From a virus (Duplodnaviria; Caudoviricetes): a stretch of DNA of 42,245 nt. Shown piece by piece: positions 36,456 through 42,245 of the stretch. Numbering within the stretch: position 1 is the stretch's first letter; every line of letters begins with the position of its first letter. Position numbers and translations under genes: made by a program. The notes beneath the pieces are model-generated. The model worked only from the letters and a program-made list of their open reading frames with translations, was not told the origin of the DNA and did not search any database. The stretch is from the IMG/VR virus record IMGVR_UViG_3300022852_000152, positions 1 through 42,245 of that record; one strand, 5' to 3'.

Positions 36456-36468
36456 GGCAACAGCATGA
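35689..36468 (+). CDS. Overlapping +1-frame polypeptide carrying C5-MTase motif IX (beta part)
   Basis: 259-codon open frame with WPTP...NPAWVEWLMGWPSGWT; ATGA-coupled to both the upstream and downstream genes. The true start may be internal. Confidence 0.65.
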   Translation: MSWLFSQALVEEYLPATCSGGARFAQLNVMPTPHRFWRNDKPMDYSRLSQFGLTCAALTADAGEALLTSFLEAFHARTYPAPVPVQALKDRALASGKTWFESSARYCRMTSTWRTHQCLWAEDLHWSSVSLPKWGMTRNGALFQQQISERPINGIGSGCLQRKSKKTRMYFWPTPVASMAKGSSPKALTRKSGADRSNDRLDHAVMALHCGQPNPAWVEWLMGWPSGWTDLKPLEMARFHEWQQQHSTVCIQVSGEATA

Positions 36469-36752
36469 AAGAAATCAACGCTGCAATGTTCTCCAGCGCT
36501 TTCAACAACAGTCCGGCGACATATCTCGGAGAATTACTTACCGACAATGAAGTAGCCAGCATTACTGGCTACCAAACACCCTCCAGGCAGATACAGTGGC
36601 TCGCCTCTAACGGCTGGCAGCACGTTCTCAATGGCGCCAGACGACCAGTCGTGGGACGACTTTACGCCCGTCTCAAGCTGGCCGGTCTGAAGCCGTCTGA
36701 AAAAAATGCCGTGACCGAGACATGGACGCTCGATCTGGACCGAGTGAGCTGA
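36465..36752 (+). CDS. Excisionase-like protein (DUF4224-like)
   Basis: LLTDNEVASITGY...QIQWL..NGW...RPVVGR; directly upstream of the integrase. Confidence 0.75.
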   Translation: MKEINAAMFSSAFNNSPATYLGELLTDNEVASITGYQTPSRQIQWLASNGWQHVLNGARRPVVGRLYARLKLAGLKPSEKNAVTETWTLDLDRVS

Positions 36753-36755
36753 CAC

Positions 36756-37823
36756 ATGCGCTTGAAAAAACCACGTAATCGTGATCTGCCGCCGCGAATG
36801 CTGCGGCGGGTCCGGACGTTGAAAAGTGGAAAACAATGGATTGGATACTATTACGACGGGCGCGATGAAAATGGCAAGCGTGTCGAGATCCCGCTCGGCA
36901 CTGACCTGGACGTAGCCAAAATTGAATGGGCCAAGCTTGATCGCAAGGCTGTGCCGAAGATCACACGACTGCTTGGAGATGTCTTCAACCGGTATGAAAG
37001 GGATATCATCCCTGGCAAGATGCCACGTACTCAGAAGGACAATCTGCTGTCACTGAAGCAACTCCGAGCAGCATTCGGGGATGCACCGATAGATGCCTTA
37101 ACCCCACAGATCATCGCTCAGTATCGAGATAAACGGTCGGGCAAAGTGCGCGCCAATCGGGAGATCTCCCTCCTATCTCACATCTACAACATCGCGCGGG
37201 AATGGGGGATTACGGAAAAAGAAAATCCTGCGGCTGGCGTACGAAAGAACAAAGAGCGGCCACGCGACTTTTATGCTGGTCCCGAAATCTGGAATGCCGT
37301 GTATAAATGCGCGACAAGCGAGTTGCGCGATGCTATGGATCTGGCTTACCTAACCGGCCAGCGACCTGCCGATGTCCTCTCGATGAGGGCCGAAGATTGC
37401 ATTGACGACTACCTTCAGGTTGCACAAGGCAAGACATCCAAGAAGCTGCGAATTGAGCTCCGCTCTGGAGACCAGGTGAACCACCTTGGCCTTTTAGTAA
37501 AACGACTCTTAACCCAGCGACAAGAGCGCAAAGTTCGGAGTCCATACCTGATCACCACACAAGACGGTAGGACTGTCACCGCCTCCATGCTTCGACTTCG
37601 CTTCGACGATGCCAGAAGGACTGCGACCGGGCATGCCCTTGTAAATGAAGACAAGGTTCTGGCGGAGCAGATTTGTCAGTTCCAATTCAGGGATATTCGG
37701 CCCAAGGCGGCAAGCGAAATCGGCGATTTAGGTCACGCAAGCCGCTTACTGGGTCATACTGACAAACGCATTACCGCCACAGTGTACCGACGAGTGGGGG
37801 AAATCGTAAAACCGACTCGATAG
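36756..37823 (+). CDS. int: Phage integrase (tyrosine recombinase)
   Basis: AYLTGQRPAD (Arg), QGKT (Lys), FRDIRPKAAS, LLGH, TATVY (Tyr). Confidence 0.93.
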   Translation: MRLKKPRNRDLPPRMLRRVRTLKSGKQWIGYYYDGRDENGKRVEIPLGTDLDVAKIEWAKLDRKAVPKITRLLGDVFNRYERDIIPGKMPRTQKDNLLSLKQLRAAFGDAPIDALTPQIIAQYRDKRSGKVRANREISLLSHIYNIAREWGITEKENPAAGVRKNKERPRDFYAGPEIWNAVYKCATSELRDAMDLAYLTGQRPADVLSMRAEDCIDDYLQVAQGKTSKKLRIELRSGDQVNHLGLLVKRLLTQRQERKVRSPYLITTQDGRTVTASMLRLRFDDARRTATGHALVNEDKVLAEQICQFQFRDIRPKAASEIGDLGHASRLLGHTDKRITATVYRRVGEIVKPTR

Positions 37824-37830
37824 CTAATTT

Positions 37831-37855
37831 AGAGCGGGGTGCACCACCCCGCTTT
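37831..37855. terminator. Hairpin terminator between convergent int and cargo operon
   Basis: AGCGGGGTG-CAC-CACCCCGCT followed by TT. Confidence 0.65.
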
Positions 37856-37876
37856 GAGTCTGGACTTACAGCTAAT

Positions 37877-39130
37877 CTATTGAACGATGCGCATGGTATC
37901 GATCTTAGCTTGCTGCTCCGTTACCCAATCATCATAAGTCTCAATAGAGTACCTCGCGCGCCTGAGCAATTCTTTTGACCTTGCCAAGGCCGACTGGTAA
38001 TCAGCATCATTTTCGGCCAAGAACGTATCCAGGTTAACTCCATTCATGGTCGACTCGAACGCTCGACGAGCTTGCTTAGCAAATGCCCTTTCAACTCGGT
38101 CGCCCGCCCCCCCACCAACACTTGATAAGCCGGTGGGGTCTACTCCAGCAGGCGGCAATCTCGAACACCAAAATGAAATTGATGCCATATCAGGAACTGC
38201 ATCTTTAGACTCCACATGATACATATAAGGCTTATGCATATGAGACTCGCTCTTATAATCACCCGAGAGTAATAAACGCAACTTCCAAATACCAAACGAT
38301 GCAGTGAAGCAGTTCATATGCTGGAGCGAAGTAAGTGTCTCCTGACTCAACTTCATCGGATGAACCGAGGCGGGATCTATCCCCATACGCCCTGTCAGAA
38401 ACTCGATTAACAAATCTGGCGAGACAGCTTCACCAACAGACTTCATCAACTGCAAAAATGCGTCAGCGTCTACTTTCTCCTTGTTGGTGCGAGTAGTTAT
38501 GAAGAACAACCAAGGCTCCGTTCGACAGAAAGCCTGATGCACGAAGAGCTTGTGAATTGCTGTATAAAGACTATTCCAGGTGCCCGGCTTATACCTCGCA
38601 AAAGAGGCGCACAGGTCAATGTTTACAACATCAAATGACTTATGAGGCGCCAACACCTGTTGACTCGCAATAGATTTATCATCACACAAGCTTTCAAACC
38701 GCTCAGTAATCAGCGTACTTTCTTGATCAACGTACTCCAGCGAGCGGACTTCATTTAAGGACAGCGCCTGTTCTGCTAAAGCATCATGGCTATCACCGTC
38801 GATATAATTAAGACCTAGAAATTTGACCTTAACATCCATCTCTGTGCAGACATCTTCAAGGGCACGAATATCCAACAAATCCACACCAGGAAGGCTTAAG
38901 TATCTCAAAGAACGCTTCTGCTTGGACAGCTCTAGGTTACCAATAATGCCCTTAATTAGCACTCCCCATTGTTTATCTCGAATCCACTGTTTCCGAGGTT
39001 TGTGCCATGGGGCAAAGTCGACCTTCAGCATGGGAGCAGTATGGACTGTGACTTTAGGTGCTACACCTTCGAGGAAGGCGGAATCTGATGAAAACGGATC
39101 ATTATCGTCTCTGACGTCCATATCAGTCAC
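37877..39130 (-). CDS. Hypothetical protein with possible SAM-methyltransferase-like fold
   Basis: 417 aa; YLSLPG..LLD and FDVVNIDLC resemble Rossmann strands 1 and 4. The GTG start overlaps the upstream TGA (GTGA). Confidence 0.5.
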   Translation of the reverse strand: MTDMDVRDDNDPFSSDSAFLEGVAPKVTVHTAPMLKVDFAPWHKPRKQWIRDKQWGVLIKGIIGNLELSKQKRSLRYLSLPGVDLLDIRALEDVCTEMDVKVKFLGLNYIDGDSHDALAEQALSLNEVRSLEYVDQESTLITERFESLCDDKSIASQQVLAPHKSFDVVNIDLCASFARYKPGTWNSLYTAIHKLFVHQAFCRTEPWLFFITTRTNKEKVDADAFLQLMKSVGEAVSPDLLIEFLTGRMGIDPASVHPMKLSQETLTSLQHMNCFTASFGIWKLRLLLSGDYKSESHMHKPYMYHVESKDAVPDMASISFWCSRLPPAGVDPTGLSSVGGGAGDRVERAFAKQARRAFESTMNGVNLDTFLAENDADYQSALARSKELLRRARYSIETYDDWVTEQQAKIDTMRIVQ

Positions 39131-41184
39131 TTCCTAATCTCCAGAACCATAACTTCTAGAATGGCTGAAATTAACTCCTCCAGCTTATCCTTCGGCAGGT
39201 AACGATCAACTCCATAAGCACTTAAAATTGAAGCAAGAGCCTTGGCCTTTTCCTCATTAAGAATTTGTTGGACCTTTTCTTTAGGCGTAGAATTCTTAGA
39301 CTTAATAATTGGCGCAAGTGCTTTATCTCTATTAAGCTCAAGCGTAGCAGACTGATCCGAGATAGGAATTTCACTCTGAGCAGGCATCACCCGGTAGATT
39401 ACTTCTTTTGCTGAAATGGGTGCCAGGCCGGCACTCTTTATCTGTTCCGCTACAATATTATGCAGCTCAGCAAATGTTTGATTTTTTCTCTCTTCAAGCG
39501 CACTTCTACTAACCGCACTTGACAAATACTTATGCTTATTCATCAGCTGCCGTAAAGCAGTATGCAGCCAATTCTTGATTATCTGATAGTGGGGATGTGA
39601 AACATTGAAAGACTCTCTGTCGATATTGAGAGCAGCATCCAAACCTTTGATCACAAAAATCTCTGCAGAGATTTGCCGCAACCGTGTCAGTTCGGAAACC
39701 TGATACTTTAAGAAGCTTTCATCAAACAAAGTTCCGCTAGCACCATTAATCCTTATAAGCACGCCATTATGTTCTTTGGGGACAACCTTTTTTGTCCAGT
39801 AAAGATATGCCTCAAACTCTAACTCCCCACCACGATACTGTTCGGGTATCTCACTCAAATCAGGCTTGGCTCTACCTACAAACACTAACGGCTGACTCAC
39901 CGCATGATCAAGAGGCTTAAACTTACCATAGCTCAGGGGGCGATAGAGGCGAACACCATCGACGTACACATTGAATTCAAGGGAGTGGGACTCTCTAGAC
40001 TTTAACTTATAGCGTTGCGCTATAGTCTGATCGCCCTCAAGCATCACATCTACCGCAGCACCGCGGCGTTTGTTATCAATTTGGAAAATTGATGCTCCGT
40101 CGTTACCATCAATATCAAAAGGGTGCTTCTTAAGATATGGCAGCGGCAGAGAGAGGCTCAACACCCACAGCATCCTTAAATAATAATCAAGATGCTCTTG
40201 AGTACTGGGCCCTTTACTGGATCGATCTGTCTCATTTAACGATGATGACAGCTTATCCACCAAGGCACGAAACTTCTCATCCGCAGGTGTATTGTTGTCC
40301 CATGGTAGAACAGAAGGCTTACGAACTAGCCCATGTACAACATCAATTTCACCAATATGGAAAAGTGGCTCACGGATATTGATACCACCTTCAAAACCAT
40401 CATCTTCGAAGGCAACTGCGAGCTCTGCCTCGACCTTTGCTTCATCTTCTTTGGATACGTCGTTTTCCAGCTCGTGCTTTTCTCGTAACGCATCCCAAGT
40501 CATCTTGGAAAGTAGCGATTCCTTAACATGATCACGCAGATCAAGGAGCAAAATTTCGGTCCCATGCGAGTCAACATCATCCGCATCGACAAACTTAATG
40601 TGAACCTCGCCAGTAACAAACTGCTGACCTTCCTCTTTTTCCAGAAGGGCTTCAGACTGAGGCATCAGCAAGATATCACAGTATATCCTCTTATTACTTC
40701 CTTTAACTTTTGAAATAATAACGACATGATGAGTGATCTGGGAGACGGAGAACAAACCAATACCCAGCTTACCGATAAGGGGACGACCTGCTTTACTTTT
40801 AGAAGGATCTTCCTCACTCGAGATCTGGTGGGCTTGCCCTTGCTTGGTGCGCTTTAAGCTTCCGCCTATATGGCAAATCACGTGAGCCAATGTTTCCTTG
40901 GTGAGCCCACGACCATTGTCACGTACGGATATTTTAGAGAACCGTGGAAAATCAGTTTCAACTCTTACTTCTGTCGCGTCGGCATCATATCCATTGGCGA
41001 TTAGCTCACGAAGAGCAGAAGCCGGATCACGATAAATCCCATCCGTGATGCGCGCAAAAACCCGCTCATCGGTCATGAGTCTGGCCTTTACAGTGCCACC
41101 GCTACCAATCGCTTCATCCAGCTTCTCATTGATGAGCGCTTCTGAGTCATCGGTAGCGTCAACTGCATCTAATGAAACGTCCAT
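39127..41184 (-). CDS. GHKL (MORC/Hsp90-like) ATPase
   Basis: LRELIANGYDADA, VRDNGRG, GKLGIG and HGTEI correspond to GHKL motifs I-IV; 685 aa. Confidence 0.88.
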   Translation of the reverse strand: MDVSLDAVDATDDSEALINEKLDEAIGSGGTVKARLMTDERVFARITDGIYRDPASALRELIANGYDADATEVRVETDFPRFSKISVRDNGRGLTKETLAHVICHIGGSLKRTKQGQAHQISSEEDPSKSKAGRPLIGKLGIGLFSVSQITHHVVIISKVKGSNKRIYCDILLMPQSEALLEKEEGQQFVTGEVHIKFVDADDVDSHGTEILLLDLRDHVKESLLSKMTWDALREKHELENDVSKEDEAKVEAELAVAFEDDGFEGGINIREPLFHIGEIDVVHGLVRKPSVLPWDNNTPADEKFRALVDKLSSSLNETDRSSKGPSTQEHLDYYLRMLWVLSLSLPLPYLKKHPFDIDGNDGASIFQIDNKRRGAAVDVMLEGDQTIAQRYKLKSRESHSLEFNVYVDGVRLYRPLSYGKFKPLDHAVSQPLVFVGRAKPDLSEIPEQYRGGELEFEAYLYWTKKVVPKEHNGVLIRINGASGTLFDESFLKYQVSELTRLRQISAEIFVIKGLDAALNIDRESFNVSHPHYQIIKNWLHTALRQLMNKHKYLSSAVSRSALEERKNQTFAELHNIVAEQIKSAGLAPISAKEVIYRVMPAQSEIPISDQSATLELNRDKALAPIIKSKNSTPKEKVQQILNEEKAKALASILSAYGVDRYLPKDKLEELISAILEVMVLEIRK

Positions 41185-41195
41185 GTATCTCCCCT

Positions 41196-42245
41196 TTAAA
41201 AAAGGAACTCTTTAAAACACTTGGCCAGTGCTGCTGCCACAGGCGGAGGCACCGCGTTAGAAATTTGCTTCACTTGGGCACTCAAAGTCCCCATCAGTCT
41301 ATAGCTATCTGGGAACCCCTGCAGCTTCATAGCCTCATAAATGCTCAACCTACGATGTCCGTCGGGATGGACGTGAATCTCCCTGTTACCGTAAGCAACC
41401 GTCCGACTGGGCCTTTTCCAATCTAGCTTAATGAATGAGCGCCCACCAGCGGGCATTTCTCCCGTCAAGAATCGTTTTGACTTTGGCTTCATCGTCCAGT
41501 GATTAGGATGGAATGGTATAGCATCGCTAATATTTTCACGGCTGTAGTAAACTGGTTGCGGAAAACCAAATATCTCGTCCTCTACAGTCCTGAATGTTTT
41601 AACTTTCGCCTCAGGAAAAGTGAATATCCCTGTCTTTTTTACATCCTTGCTAATCCCCGCAATAAAATACCTCTTGCGATGCTGAGCAACACCAAAGCCT
41701 GATGAGTTGATTTCCTCCTCATATATAATAAAATTTTTTGAAAGGCTTGCACGAAGCATTTCCAAAAAATCTACATTCTTCTTCGCCAAAATTTCAGGAA
41801 CATTCTCAAACAAAAAGAATTTTATCTTTGATTTCTTATAGAAGTAATTAACGATTTCCGCATACTTAACGGCGAGCTGATTTCTGGGATCACTATGACA
41901 CCTGCCCGTATTAGCTCTTGAAAAGCCTTGGCAGGGAGGCCCACCAATAATGCCGTGGATAGCGCCCTCAAAGCCGGGCTCAAGCACGGAGCGCCTGTAG
42001 AGCTCTTCAGGTGACGTCTCCAGCAAATCGACCTTCGAAGCCCTTTGCCCTGGATGGTTATGATTATAGGTCTCCACAGCGTAGCGATCGTGATCAGCAG
42101 CGAAAGCAACATCAAACCCAGCATCAATGAACCCCAGGTCCAATCCACCAGCCCCGCAAAAAAGGCTAACCAGCTTGGGCTGCTGCGAAGCAGGACCGCT
42201 CTCGGAGCGCGCCCACTGCAGGCACTCCGATCCATTTTTACTCAT
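41196..42245 (-). CDS. DNA cytosine-5 methyltransferase
   Basis: LFCGAGG, GGPPCQGFS, FENVP, QHRKR, RRLSIYEAMKLQGFP, QISNAVPP: complete motif set. Start is at the window edge. Confidence 0.95.
   Translation of the reverse strand: MSKNGSECLQWARSESGPASQQPKLVSLFCGAGGLDLGFIDAGFDVAFAADHDRYAVETYNHNHPGQRASKVDLLETSPEELYRRSVLEPGFEGAIHGIIGGPPCQGFSRANTGRCHSDPRNQLAVKYAEIVNYFYKKSKIKFFLFENVPEILAKKNVDFLEMLRASLSKNFIIYEEEINSSGFGVAQHRKRYFIAGISKDVKKTGIFTFPEAKVKTFRTVEDEIFGFPQPVYYSRENISDAIPFHPNHWTMKPKSKRFLTGEMPAGGRSFIKLDWKRPSRTVAYGNREIHVHPDGHRRLSIYEAMKLQGFPDSYRLMGTLSAQVKQISNAVPPPVAAALAKCFKEFLF

Larger units (their letters stand above)
1559..37855. mobile_element. Temperate prophage (lambda-like head, P2-like contractile tail, integrase); boundaries approximate
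   Basis: Complete ordered set of lysis, tail, head, packaging, replication, immunity and integration genes with no obvious disruptions. att sites are not securely identified, so flanking cargo may or may not be included. Confidence 0.93.

Noticed and set aside
37824-37876. tRNA/tmRNA integration target next to int
   Set aside because: The gap is 53 bp and holds only a hairpin; no tRNA-like sequence was recognised anywhere in the window.

Overview
The window is mostly one apparently intact temperate prophage, probably from a Pseudomonas host (judged from gene content and GC-rich codon usage). It has a lambda-like head (GpA terminase, portal, ClpP-type protease, capsid E, decoration D) and a P2-like contractile tail. 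It also carries split lysis genes, a Prim-Pol/SF3 helicase replicon with an iteron origin, a CI/Cro switch with clear operators, and Xis/Int. Both flanks carry AT-richer accessory cargo. The left flank has an orphan HEPN-like gene, then a LexA-box-controlled umuDC / SRAP pair, then the most unusual element: a non-coding array of 13 tandem 35-bp units, each built on a 20-bp palindrome (TTTGGATCGTACGATCCAAA), with 18 GATC sites in 455 bp. After the array come an unannotated 30-aa ORF and a phage adenine methyltransferase with its own LexA box, so two SOS-regulated units converge on the array. The right flank has a three-gene operon (C5 methyltransferase, GHKL/MORC-type ATPase, methyltransferase-fold protein) with no recognisable nuclease, a candidate defence system. 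Two recoding oddities lie inside the phage: a prfB-like CTT-TGA-C +1 frameshift site for the tail chaperone extension, and a C5 methyltransferase whose motif IX is encoded in a fully overlapping +1 frame. All family assignments come from motif recognition only; no searches were run.
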